A stretch of 64,000 bases of DNA, taken from Proteromonas lacertae. Its lineage: Eukaryota. The stretch spans positions 1 to 64,000 of the forward strand of contig NGBS01000334.1 in NCBI GenBank assembly GCA_002245135.1, written 5' to 3'. Position numbers and translations under genes: made by a program. Under the pieces are notes generated by a model. That model made no database searches, had not been told where the DNA came from, and was given only the letters and a program-made list of their open reading frames with translations. The first letter of the stretch is position 1. Each line of letters opens with the position of its first letter. This document shows positions 45,168-56,644 of the stretch, piece by piece.

Positions 45168-45225
45168 AAGGGAGGAGACTTTCCCATTCTCAATCTCAAA
45201 TGAGAATGGTAAAGTCTCCTCCCTT
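45168..45225 (-). terminator. GC-rich 25-bp hairpin (1 mismatch, 8-nt loop) followed by a T-run on the minus strand
   Basis: GGGAGGAGACTTTCCCATTCTCA-atctcaaa-TGAGAATGGTAAAGTCTCCTCCC, next to the A-run at 45159-45169 and about 95 nt downstream of the stop at 45319. Terminator function is inferred. Confidence 0.45.
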
Positions 45226-45318
45226 AAAAAAGAAGAACATTATGATTCAAACTTATGTAATAAATAAAAAATAAACACCAATTCAATCAATTCAATCAAT
45301 TCATAAGATATTAGTTAA

Positions 45319-46580
45319 TTAACATTCATCATCAGAAATAATGATTAATTCATGAATTATTTGTTCTTTCTTTTTTTTTTCTTCTTCTTCTTGTTTTCTC
45401 CTAATTCTACTAGCTTCTACATCTCTAGTAAAGAAATGTATTCTTTTCTTCTTCATTGTTACACTGATAGGATTATATATACTTTGTTGAACTTTATTAT
45501 ATCTCATTATCATTTTACTAACAATAGAATGTAAAGTATTTGTTTTATCTTTTGTAATAGTGACTTCACATTCGCCATTAATAATTACATTTTTTAATTT
45601 CAAGTTAATTACATGTGGTACTATATCTTCATTCAATTTATAATCAATATTATGGATAAATATATTACAAAATGGATTAACTTCTGTATTATATATTCTA
45701 TCATTGATATCACTTCTGAAATTAAATAAACCTTTATCATCTATATGAAATGTATAATATATTATTTCAAATTTATTATCTTGTAATATTTTGTTGCTAT
45801 AATTTGAATAAATATTTGATATATAATAATTAATTAATCTTATATTGAAATTTAAACTATAACTATAATCATTATATTTATTTATAATAATATCCATTAT
45901 ATCTACTCCTATATTTGAAATAATTGAAAAATATTTCATCTGAATGCATTTCCTGACAGATTTGATATACACCAGATATGGATATATTTTATTAAATACT
46001 ACTTTGCTATATTGAATAGATAAAATGAAATCCTCAATTAAATGCAATATTAACATAAATTTATAATAATTAGCTGATATGCATTCTTTTGTTATTTCTG
46101 TATATGTTGTATTAATAAATGATAAAGTATTACTCTCCATACTATCTGTAATATATATTAATGTTAAATAATTAACTAATTGTTTAATACAATAATTGCA
46201 ATCTTCTTTTATTAGCTCAAAATCTAAATCTTTAATAGGATAAAAGTCATGATCAACTAAAATTATAAATATATATGTAAATTATACTGTGATTGATATT
46301 ACCTTCCCAATTTTCTTCTTGTTCTTCTTCTTCTAATACATTTCTTTTAATATCAACACACTTAGTCCCAATGGGACATTTTGATGGCACATGATCAGGC
46401 TATTAAAATTAAAAAATATAGTAACATATACGTTAGGACCTACTCTTATAGCTGTAACAGTTTTGGAAGGATGTGTTGACATTTTATCTGAATGATTGTA
46501 TTTCTATACAATTAAATTATTAAAAATAATACTTTCCCCATGTTGCATCTTATACAGCAGGTTGGCTTTGTTCTTGCCAT
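45319..46580 (-). CDS. Five-exon element gene, 369 aa; N-terminus MARTKPT (histone H3 tail-like), C-terminus LIIISDDEC (SIM-like)
   Basis: Exons 46580-46533, 46503-46432, 46399-46303, 46256-46191, 46145-45319. GT-AG introns of 29, 32, 46 and 45 nt splice in frame with no stops. Confidence 0.8.
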
Positions 46581-46722
46581 ACTAGTATAGTAAAAAAATG
46601 ATATAAAAATAAAAAAACGTCAATTGGGTTAATTTATTTTTGTTATTTTTTAATAACCCAAATTTTTAAAAACTTTAAATAGCAGTATATAAACAATTTA
46701 ATAACATAGTAACAATATTTAT

Positions 46723-46998
46723 TTAAATAGTTTGTTTATATCTACCTATCTTTGAGTTTATATTTGATTTGCGTTTCAAAATGTCATTAATTTCAATCTG
46801 ACTTTTTAAATTGTTGATAGTTTCTTCATGAGCAAGACCTCTCTCTATAATCTCATTCATATTGACTCTCATATCTGACAGCTCTTGTGAATTAGGTAAG
46901 CAATTGTGAGATTTCATATATTTCCACAATGCCATAGCTATAATATAGAGAATAAAGACTAAGACGCTTAGAAATATGTTAAAATAATCGTTTTCCAT
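46723..46998 (-). CDS. Small element protein with N-terminal TM helix and coiled coil
   Basis: IFLSVLVFILYIIAMALW, then heptad-like LSDMRVNMNEIIERGLAHEETINNLKSQI. Confidence 0.6.
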   Translation of the reverse strand: MENDYFNIFLSVLVFILYIIAMALWKYMKSHNCLPNSQELSDMRVNMNEIIERGLAHEETINNLKSQIEINDILKRKSNINSKIGRYKQTI

Positions 46999-47082
46999 TC
47001 AAAACAGAGTTTTTTAAAAGTAATTGAACAATTTAATTTAAAAAATTGAACAAAAAAACAAAATAAAACTATAAAAGACATA

Positions 47083-47721
47083 TTAATACATATAACCATT
47101 ATTCAAACTATCATTGAATAGATTGTTGTAACTCATATAACATTCATCACGTGCGATATCATTAATGCTATCAAGAGATAGATTGCTATTACTATTACTT
47201 TCTCTATTATTTAGAGAATAAAGCGTATTATAATTACTATTTATTACTTTTGATGTGTTTTTAATAAGTGTCTCAGATGGGATTATCTTCTTGACTTGTT
47301 CATTTAGATTAATTATCTTCTTTAATTGTTGTTGAATATTTTGTTGGTTTTCTATAATCCTTTTTTGACCCATAGTCCTCTTCTCTTTGTTATTAAAACT
47401 TCTAATGAATGATGATGATGAGAATGGAGGTAAATTGTTCTCATCTATTGCGAATTCTTTACTTAAGTCTCTAAACCATAAGCCTTTTTTAAGCCTTTCT
47501 TCTACATCGCATTGATACTCTGGATCAATGTACTGTAGTATATATCTAATTTCGTTGTATGTGAGTTCAGACTTCATACCAGAGATGTAATTATAAAGTT
47601 TAGTTCTAGTGGGAGATCTAATTTTACCATCATTTCTGAAACATCGCATTATTATATGCTTATCTAAGTTATTCAAACATAGATTAACCTTTTTAGATTG
47701 CTTAGAATTTTCTACGCTCAT
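47083..47721 (-). CDS. Element orphan protein (possible helical DNA-binding domain)
   Basis: ATG 47721 (MSVENSKQ), 212 aa, divergent from the capsid genes. Confidence 0.55.
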   Translation of the reverse strand: MSVENSKQSKKVNLCLNNLDKHIIMRCFRNDGKIRSPTRTKLYNYISGMKSELTYNEIRYILQYIDPEYQCDVEERLKKGLWFRDLSKEFAIDENNLPPFSSSSFIRSFNNKEKRTMGQKRIIENQQNIQQQLKKIINLNEQVKKIIPSETLIKNTSKVINSNYNTLYSLNNRESNSNSNLSLDSINDIARDECYMSYNNLFNDSLNNGYMY

Positions 47722-47830
47722 TGTATAAACAGAAATTAAAAATATTAAATTGTGCAAAAATGCTTATAATATTAATAATGCTTATTATGCTTATTTCTTC
47801 AATTTCGGTTACACATTTATATAAAAACAA

Positions 47831-48820
47831 ATGATTCCTTATGAACATCGTACTTATTACCTTAATTCTGATATGGTATCTTCTGCTAATCAGTTTTCTA
47901 CTAAGTATAAAAAAGTTTTGCATTTACCTGCATTCGATGAAGATTATTCTGACATTTCATTGAAAGACTGTGTTATTCCTAATAGTTTTCCTACTATACA
48001 AGAGGATACTAATGACACTTTCAGTATATTCATAGATTTACAAGTTAATCCATGTTATGGATCTTATAAATTTGATAGAGATGAATTATATAAAGGAGTT
48101 AAAATACCAGAAGGTTTTTATACTCAAGATCAAATACTTAAGATTATTAACAATGTATTCAAAGATATTACATTAAAAGATTTTATGCCTTATAATGAAG
48201 AAGTATTATCAGAGGATGATAAGAATATGCAAATGTTTATAGGTGATGTATTTGAAATAGATGATAAAGATGATTTTCAAACTAATCACTTACAAATAGT
48301 TGGTAAAACAACAGTCTTATATGATCCTGTTAGAAGTAGTGGTAAATATAGTTATCCAATATGTTGGATTAAAACTATTAAAATAGTTACTAAGGATTTA
48401 GCATATAAATATTTTGGTATATCAAAGAAAGGTTATTTTGATTGTTATAATCCAGAAGGTAATATTAAATTTGAACCAGGTATGATTAAAGATAACAAAG
48501 AAAGATATATTGAAAGACAATTACCATTAGTTCAATTACCTTTCAGACCTACTTTAATATGGGTTACTTCCATTACTATTAGAATGGATATAGTAAATAT
48601 AGATCAAGATAGTCATGTTTTAGATAGTATTCCTATAACAAATCCTGAATCAAGTTTTATCACTTATCAGAATTATGATATTTTTAATACTAGTAAAAAG
48701 TTTAATAATACTTATAGTAATGGTCAGATCATTTTGCAGATTACACAGCAAAATGGTTATGAGTTGAATTTAGATAATATAGAGTTTTGTATGAGTATTG
48801 TTGTTTTTAAAAGAACTTAA
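47831..48820 (+). CDS. Minor capsid (penton) protein, Polinton/PLV type
   Basis: YYLNS..F...ISLKDCVIPNSFPTI, IPEGFY...I, and C-terminal LDSIPI...ITYQN..ILQITQQNG.ELNL..FCMSIVV pattern of single jelly-roll pentons; directly upstream of the MCP. Confidence 0.75.
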   Translation: MIPYEHRTYYLNSDMVSSANQFSTKYKKVLHLPAFDEDYSDISLKDCVIPNSFPTIQEDTNDTFSIFIDLQVNPCYGSYKFDRDELYKGVKIPEGFYTQDQILKIINNVFKDITLKDFMPYNEEVLSEDDKNMQMFIGDVFEIDDKDDFQTNHLQIVGKTTVLYDPVRSSGKYSYPICWIKTIKIVTKDLAYKYFGISKKGYFDCYNPEGNIKFEPGMIKDNKERYIERQLPLVQLPFRPTLIWVTSITIRMDIVNIDQDSHVLDSIPITNPESSFITYQNYDIFNTSKKFNNTYSNGQIILQITQQNGYELNLDNIEFCMSIVVFKRT

Positions 48821-48856
48821 TTAATTTCTTTTTAATCTATTATTTCTTTGCTTAAT

Positions 48857-50185
48857 ATGTCTTTATCTATTCCTAAAGAACAAAAACATGGTGTAGAGAC
48901 ACCTGTTATGCTTCCTTTTTATCAGTATGTAAAATTAAGTCCAGTTGGCTCAGCAAGTGATTGGACTATAAATGGGGATACATATACTCAAGAAATAAAG
49001 TTTGAATTAAGCGGAGATAACATTATTAACTTGTCTAAGTCTTACATACAGTATGATCATGTTATTAGAACTACGCCAATTAAAAAAAGTGTGCAAGCAT
49101 GGACTGGTGATGCAACTAGTAATATAGATAGTTATCCTAATTGCATAAAAGGATTAAAAGAAGGTTTTGGTATTGCTTCATTCAGAATATGCAATCAGAC
49201 AGGTACAGATTTAGTTAGAGTGGATGATAGTTATGAACCATATCGTATATTTATGGATGAAATTGTTCGTAAGAGACCAGATCAGTATTATCAAGCAAAT
49301 TATTATGATGGTATTAAATTGAAATGGAATGATAAAATTAAAGATAAAGTTATAGAAGATGAAGCTGAGTTTGCAATACCATGGAATAATAATAATAAAA
49401 TAAAAAATTCTGACGGTGATCGTTATACATATGATAATGAGCCAGAATTTAGATTACATGTTAAAATACCTTTAGGAAGATTTTATAATACATTTGCAGC
49501 AATGAAAAGTGATGTATTCTTTGCAGAACGTATGTATATATGTATTAAATTCCAAACTATTGATAAATTTGGTCCATTTAAATCTTATGCTAATAAAGCT
49601 ACTTTTAAAACAGCTGGCGATGCTTTAGATAATGCATGTACTTTTAGAACACCAGAAGTTGTTGAGAATAACATAAAAATAGAAAATATGAGATTTTATG
49701 CATATTATAATAAAGATAGTCAATGCAATAACAATACTAAAAACTATTGTTTATCTAAACCAATACAATTCAATGATTTTAGATGTCATCAAGTTTCTTA
49801 TAGTTCTCCTAATGGAATATTCAATTATAGTTTTACATTGAATAGTTCTAATGGACCATTTTTAAGATTTATTATTTATAGACCATGGGATGAAGACGAT
49901 AGTAAATGGTTACGTATACCAGAAAATGCACAATTTAGATGGATGATAAACGACTTTGTTCATCAACCAGATTATGCTTTAATGCAATATTATGATAGTT
50001 ATATGATGGTACAAGATTATTTTAAAGATTCTTGGTATGATGTTTTCAGACAAGATAAAAGTTTCAATGAGAAATTTTTCGAAATTTTAAACTTTGGTTC
50101 AAGAGATTTAGATAATATTAAGAATCAAGCAGGTAGACCTTTAGCTGCTGATTATAAAATCTTCTGTTTGCTTGATACGCTCTAA
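48857..50185 (+). CDS. Major capsid protein (double jelly-roll), C-terminus possibly truncated
   Basis: About 442 aa, beta-rich; EIKFELSGDNIINLSKSYIQYD and VKIPLGRF resemble PLV/virophage MCP motifs; context inside the TIR element. Confidence 0.7.
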   Translation: MSLSIPKEQKHGVETPVMLPFYQYVKLSPVGSASDWTINGDTYTQEIKFELSGDNIINLSKSYIQYDHVIRTTPIKKSVQAWTGDATSNIDSYPNCIKGLKEGFGIASFRICNQTGTDLVRVDDSYEPYRIFMDEIVRKRPDQYYQANYYDGIKLKWNDKIKDKVIEDEAEFAIPWNNNNKIKNSDGDRYTYDNEPEFRLHVKIPLGRFYNTFAAMKSDVFFAERMYICIKFQTIDKFGPFKSYANKATFKTAGDALDNACTFRTPEVVENNIKIENMRFYAYYNKDSQCNNNTKNYCLSKPIQFNDFRCHQVSYSSPNGIFNYSFTLNSSNGPFLRFIIYRPWDEDDSKWLRIPENAQFRWMINDFVHQPDYALMQYYDSYMMVQDYFKDSWYDVFRQDKSFNEKFFEILNFGSRDLDNIKNQAGRPLAADYKIFCLLDTL

Positions 50186-51460
50186 AATAAGCATTTCTAT
50201 CTTGCGCTCTTTCTACTAATTCTAATTCATAATGCTTAAACCTCTGATTACTAACATTTGGTACAAAGTTACCATTAGTATCACCTATTTGATAAGAAAA
50301 TCTAAACTTATTTATAATCATATAAACATCATCACTCCAAGTAGTTATTTTATCTAATTGTCTTCTTCTTTCTTTAAATCTAACATAGTCACCTACTTTA
50401 AATCGTTGTTTATCTTCTAGTTTAAATTCATTATCTACATTTTTATTTATGCTTTCAACTAATACTCTTTTCTGTAGTAATTCAGAATGATATACTTCAT
50501 TAGGAGTATATCCTTTTAATGCAGGATGAGGTTTATTATTATAATCTTGTACTACTTTATATACTTCATGATTAAAGTTAGTAAGCCACTGATTCATATA
50601 TGCACTAGGTGGAAAGCTTTTAGCATGAGTTTGATTTCTATAACGAAAAGGATCAGGAAAGTCTATTTCAACAAGATGTTTATATAATAATTTTTTAACC
50701 ATAGATACACTTCTATCTAATACACTCATTATTCTATGTTCTGAAGGATTCTTTTGATAAGTATTTATACCTTCTGTATCACAAAATTCTTTTATTTTAT
50801 TAAAACTATCATCTTGATCACTTAATATACTAATAACTCTTCTTTTAGCTACTATCTTAGGTTGATAGTTTGGATTTAAAAAGCTTCTTGATCTTCTTTA
50901 TAATACCAAGAAAAGAAAGCATTTAAACAAGTATTTCCATCTTCTCTTTTCAAAGGTACTACCCATACTTTTCGAGAGTTAGTTTCAATAAAATACAGAT
51001 GATGTGTTTCAGGTAAAAAATAAACTATATCCATCTGGAACCAACCAGGCTTTTTAATACTAACGAAAGGATTATCCTTTTTATACTGAAAGTCTACTAT
51101 TTGATGACCAGGTTGTCTAGCTAAAAATTCTTTTATAGCATCTATAGGTGGTGGTACTTCATTATTATCTGCAGGATTCATTACCATTTTAATAAAATCT
51201 CTATCGCTTAGATAATGATATTTATTATATAGTTGTTGTAAACGATTTTGATATTGAGAATATTCAGGATTAGGATATAATTTATAGTCAGTAGTAGGAG
51301 GTTCTCTAGGTATACCATCTCTACCATAATTCGTATAATATTGCAATGATTCAGGATATTTAGGTTGTTTAGGTAAATGTTGTATATTTTTATCCATTAA
51401 GTTACCTACATCATTCATAGTATTAAAAAATGCTTTAGCAGGATCCCATCCGAAATACAT
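50118..51460 (-). CDS. Retroviral-like (rve) integrase, Polinton type; 1-bp frameshift near 50878
   Basis: WFQMDIVY..FIETNSRKVWVVPLK, ILSDQDDSF (bridging frame), SVLDRSVSMVKK, YNNKPHPALKGYTPNE, FKVGDYVR..WSDDVY..ELELV. Confidence 0.88.
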
Positions 51461-51532
51461 TATTTTTTATTTTATTTTATAATATAAGAAAACAAAAGAA
51501 ATAATAATAATATAAAAAGAAATATAAAAGTT

Positions 51533-54500
51533 TCAAACATTAGTAGTGTTATTAATAATAGGTGGATAATAATCATTAAAAGGAATACTATGATAAACAT
51601 CTAAATAATACCTTTTAGAATCAAATATGCTGAAAGCCAACTTAATTTGTTCCATAGTATATAAAGTTTGGTTAACACTTCTGAAACTATATTGTTTGAT
51701 TTTATCAAATCTGTAAGACTTTTCATCTTCAGCATCTGTTAATATTTTTCTATAAAAGTCAAAATCACAAGTTTTAATTCTATATCCAGTTGTAACACCT
51801 TTAGCTCTACTATCATGTGTAACAGAATGTATATCATCGTCTACTCTTACTTTTTCATAGGCATACATTTTAGGTTTTAATCCTGCAAATCTAGTAATAG
51901 AGTATAAACCATTCTTAGTTTCTTCTATTTTTAATAAGTTAAGTTCTGAACTTTGATTAACATTTGAATAGTGTATACCTCTAGTTATTAAGTATTGTTT
52001 ATTAAGATTACCAGTATCAACTTTCTTTTCAAAATGTGGATCGTTCATAATATCCATATAGAAATCTCTAGTTTTAACCATAAATATGAAACTATCAGTA
52101 TCACTCATCAATAATCTTAAACTACTCCCATATTTCCTATATAAATGTCCATACCAGAACTGAGCCATTAACCTTTTAGATTCACATAATATACTCATAC
52201 CTATATAAGATGGTTTATCAATAGTGCATTTATATTTTTGAAATTTGCATATACGTAAGTTACTATTATCTATAGCAATAAAACTTCTATAAAATGGATT
52301 GTAAGTACACTGCAAAAAGTCTTCTTCATTATTAACTAATTTGGAAGTACACCTATTCTCAGTATTTTCACATGTCTTTCCATAAGCACTATTTAGAATA
52401 AGCTTAAAAGTATCAGCATCAGCATCCCTTCCTTCTAATTTAGCTTGTCTTCTTAAGTTATGATTCATCATTACAAAGTTATGTGCATAATTAGACTCTT
52501 TAAATCTGATAATTCTATGAATATGATGTATAACATAACCCATTTCACATGCAAATTTCAAATATTGATAGTGAACAACATAGTTGTATTTTGTTGTTAA
52601 ATCACATACTATTTTAGGAACATTTGACTTTAACTTTTTAATTTTATATGGTTTTATCAATATTATTTTTAACTTCTGAAACTAATCCTAAAGACTCTGC
52701 CCATTTCTTTTGTATTTCAGATAAATTATCATAGTCAACTATTTTTCTTTCAGGTAACAAAGGATATTCAGCAAATTTTTTTCTTTCATCACTATTACTA
52801 GGAGGAGAAATATCTACTTCCAGAATATATCCATACATATTTTTATTAATCCATTCTGTATTATAATATTTTTCTCTTTGTTCTTCATAGTAATGTAATG
52901 ATAATATTTTCTTTACATTTTCAGTAGTTGGTTCAATCCATTCAAATCACTATATGGTAACTTCATACTAGCCATAGTACTTGGATATAAAGAATTATAA
53001 TCCATATACATAATATATGTTTGATTATCTGGATCCTGTACTTCCTTTTTATTTTTCTCTTGCCATTGAGGTTGATAATGATTCCAAGACTCTGCATATC
53101 TCATACTACCAACCATAGAAATCCCACCTATTAATCCAGAATGTATAAAGTCATAAATATCAGAGTCACTTATTAAATCAATTTTTACATCACAATTTTT
53201 AAGGAATATACTCCAAGATAAACCAGGTGAACTACAATGCCATAATGGATCTAAAGTAAAATTATTCCATATAACATCTCTAAAATGTTCAAATACACAT
53301 GTTAATGTAAGAACATCTAATCTGAGATAAAATAAATTGTAGTCCATTAAGTTATCACATCTAATAACTTTCCATAAAGCCTGACAACTAGCATATTCAA
53401 CATCTGTTACTGTATTATCATCTTTTAACTTCGAATAGAATGCTTCTTTAGGGAGGTAGTTCAAAAGTATTGAAATATTTAGATAATGAGTCCACATATT
53501 CATATGGAAAATATCCTTTAGATAAACACCATTTATGGATAAAAGCATCAATATTCATATCATGATCCAATTTACCAGGAGCAGAATATTTTTTATAAAT
53601 ATCTTCATATACATAACTGAAATATTTTTGATAATTTCCATTATCTCTTTTTGCTTGAGTATATAATGACTTTGTTAAAGAATCTAAAGAACTTGGTAAG
53701 AATTGATAAGAGTCCATAAAGTATAATTTGTTGAACTTTATTAATAAAAATTTATTATCTGTTTTGGGTAATACTGATAACTGTGATTTATATTGTTTTT
53801 TGTTTTTATATTTTCTTATTTTACCATCTTTACATTTAATAATTCTATAAGCAGATTGTTCATCTATTTCATCTATAACATCTTCTGCATTTCTAGGACT
53901 ATCCTTCTTAACATTTCTTCTAATTCTAACAATGCATTAACTTCTTCATTATTAATTTGGATTACTTCACTTTCAGCTTCTTGAGTTTCCATATCACTTA
54001 AAGAATCATGTAATGGACTCATACTGAAATTATTATTATCATCTTTTTCTTCTTGTTTTTCTTTTCTTAAATTTTTCACATAATCTTTTATTTTATTTGC
54101 TGTTATAAAGCCATTAGTATAAGGAGGTAATGGAGTAAATGTATCACTATCTTGATGTGGAACAGGAATAGAATTAGTATTATCTTCTTCTTCAGTATCA
54201 CTATCAGATTCAGTATCTGAAGCATAATTTACATTAGGATCAATATTATTTTCTTTACAAAATTCATCTCTTAACTTATTATCCCATCTGGACAATCCTC
54301 TAATAATGAAATTATTGTCATAATTTTTGGAATGATGAGCAATACAAGGGATTGGCATATTATTTAAACATACATGGAAGTTGCAATTATTACATATTCT
54401 ACCTATATATTGTCCACTAAAGTGGTCGTGGTGTAAAACAGGTTTCTTATTCTTATTCCTATAATCAAATGGTTCTTTACAGTATATGCAATAATTCAAT

Positions 54501-56399
54501 TTATTTTTAGGATCTTCTCTATTATATCCTATCATTTTTTCAGGATTTTTTAATTTTTCTTCATATAAATCTAATATTTCTTTTTGTATTTCCATAAATT
54601 TAGCTATTAATCTATCCTCTAAATCTGTTTCATTATCTTTAGGTGTTTTAAAATCATACTCAATTTTATTAGGATATATATTAGGATATTTTGATACAAC
54701 ATATAAACACCAACTGGATAATATATGCTTTGATAATATACCTTTCTCATTTAAAATTGGATCTGTTACTTTCTCCTGATAAACTTCAGTATCCCAATAT
54801 ATTACTATAGGTATTAATTGCAGGGAAATTTCTTATAATACCTTTATGTTGTTGACAATTATATTTTTCATGTTGTATTCTTTTTTCATCTGTTGATAAT
54901 AAAGCAAAACAATAATTACATCTAGGATAACCATTTTTACACTTCTTTCCTTTAGGTATTAATATTACATTTAATTTTGTAATAGTAGAATAATGTTTAT
55001 CATTATATAATAAATTCACATGTGGATAATTATTGAATTTATCTATATGTGTTACATATATAGGAACTACTTCTTTATCTGTTATTTTGAATATATTTAA
55101 TGTTATATGATTTATTGTTTCAAATTCATGAATTTGTTTTTTATGTTTTATAGGATCTACTGGGAAATATAACATACTATAATTGTAGTTAACTCTAATA
55201 TATTCTTTATATTGTTCTACTCTATTTAAATTCTTATTATTATTATTACCATGAAAAAATGCTGCTGCTATAGCATATAGAAAACATAATTGATCATTTT
55301 CTCTATTATTATCTATTGATATAACACATTTTCTATTTCTAATCCAATCTGGAAGTTCTTTATTTTTGCCACTACCTGCCATAGCAGTTGCTTTGACTAA
55401 TTGAACTTCAACTTCACCAACATGTCTAAATTTTAAACTTGATTTTTCAGTATGCCATAAAGGTCCCATTTCTGTTCTTATTCTATCTTTTAATATTTTA
55501 TGAGCTACATTCATTTCTGATTCTGTAATAACTACAGGTCTACATTCTAAGAATACCCAATTTGTAATTTTATTACCATTTGGATTATTATAATCTGGAT
55601 CGTCTGCTCCTATATAACCACTTCTAAAACTTAATGTTACTTTTATATATTTAACATCTTCCAAATATTCTCTTATTTTAGTAATTAATGGACTACTAGG
55701 ATCAGTTATAATTTCAACAACAGCATCTGGATCTTTACCATTTACATCATTTAAAAAGTTAATTTGATATGTTCTACTATAATTATCTGTACTTCTCTGA
55801 ATTAAGTCCATATAATATAATCTCTTTTCATATGGTAATTTTAATAATTTAGTAGGATGATTTTCTAATATATCACTTGCTTCTCTTAAATCTCTTTCTT
55901 CTTGATAAGATAAATTTAAATCTGCTACTCTATTACGCTGTTGTGCATTTGGTGGAGGTTGATTAACAACAACAACAGGTTGATTTGGATTAGGATTAGG
56001 ATTAGGCATTTGAACTTGCATACCTCCTTTTCTTTGTATTTTTGGAGGACTTATGTTTTCAAAATCTAATCTTCTCTTGGGAGGTGGTGTTACAAATCCT
56101 GGTTCAGGAATATTAATTTGAGGTGTTGAATCTACTCCTATATTTCCAGGATAATAATTAAAACCAGGATTTGTATTTGTAACTAGATTTCTTGGTGGAA
56201 CATAATTTCTAACTACTGGAATATTTGGAATAGGTGGAGGCGGTTCATACATATTAGGAGGTGCCATACCTGGATATGGCATGGGCATGGGATTAAATCC
56301 ATAATTTTGTGGAGGAGGAATATAAGGTGCTCCAAATGGTGGTGGACTATAATAATTAAAGTTTGAATAATAATAATAAGGAGGGATGAAAGGGTTCAT
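51533..56399 (-). CDS. Protein-primed family B DNA polymerase (Polinton type, with endonuclease VII-like Zn module); five frame breaks
   Basis: CFLYAI; ExoI IYWDTE; HHDHFSGQYIGRICNNCN; ExoII HHSKNYD; DSYQFL; KGYFPYEY; ExoIII YLRLDV; motif A DYNSLYP; GYILEVD; motif B KLILNSAYGK; motif C SDTDS; PKMY; AKGV. Confidence 0.93.
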
Positions 56400-56644
56400 C
56401 TAGAAAATTAAAAATTAATTTTTTATATTTTTATTATTATTTATTTATTATTTTTATTCTTTTAGAAATTTCTAAAAGTTATATATCAATTCTTTTACGA
56501 CTTATATCTATTATTTTATATTATTGCTTTTTATTTCTTTCTTTTACTTGAATTGTATTATATTCTTTGGATCAGATTTGAATTGGAAGAACAATTTCTA
56601 TTAGTAGTATATCTAATTAATTAATTAATTAATACCAAAAAAAT

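Noticed and set aside
50870..50890. Programmed -1 ribosomal frameshift in the integrase or pPolB
   Set aside because: No in-frame X XXY YYZ heptamer or common motif; shifts go in both directions and also hit host genes.
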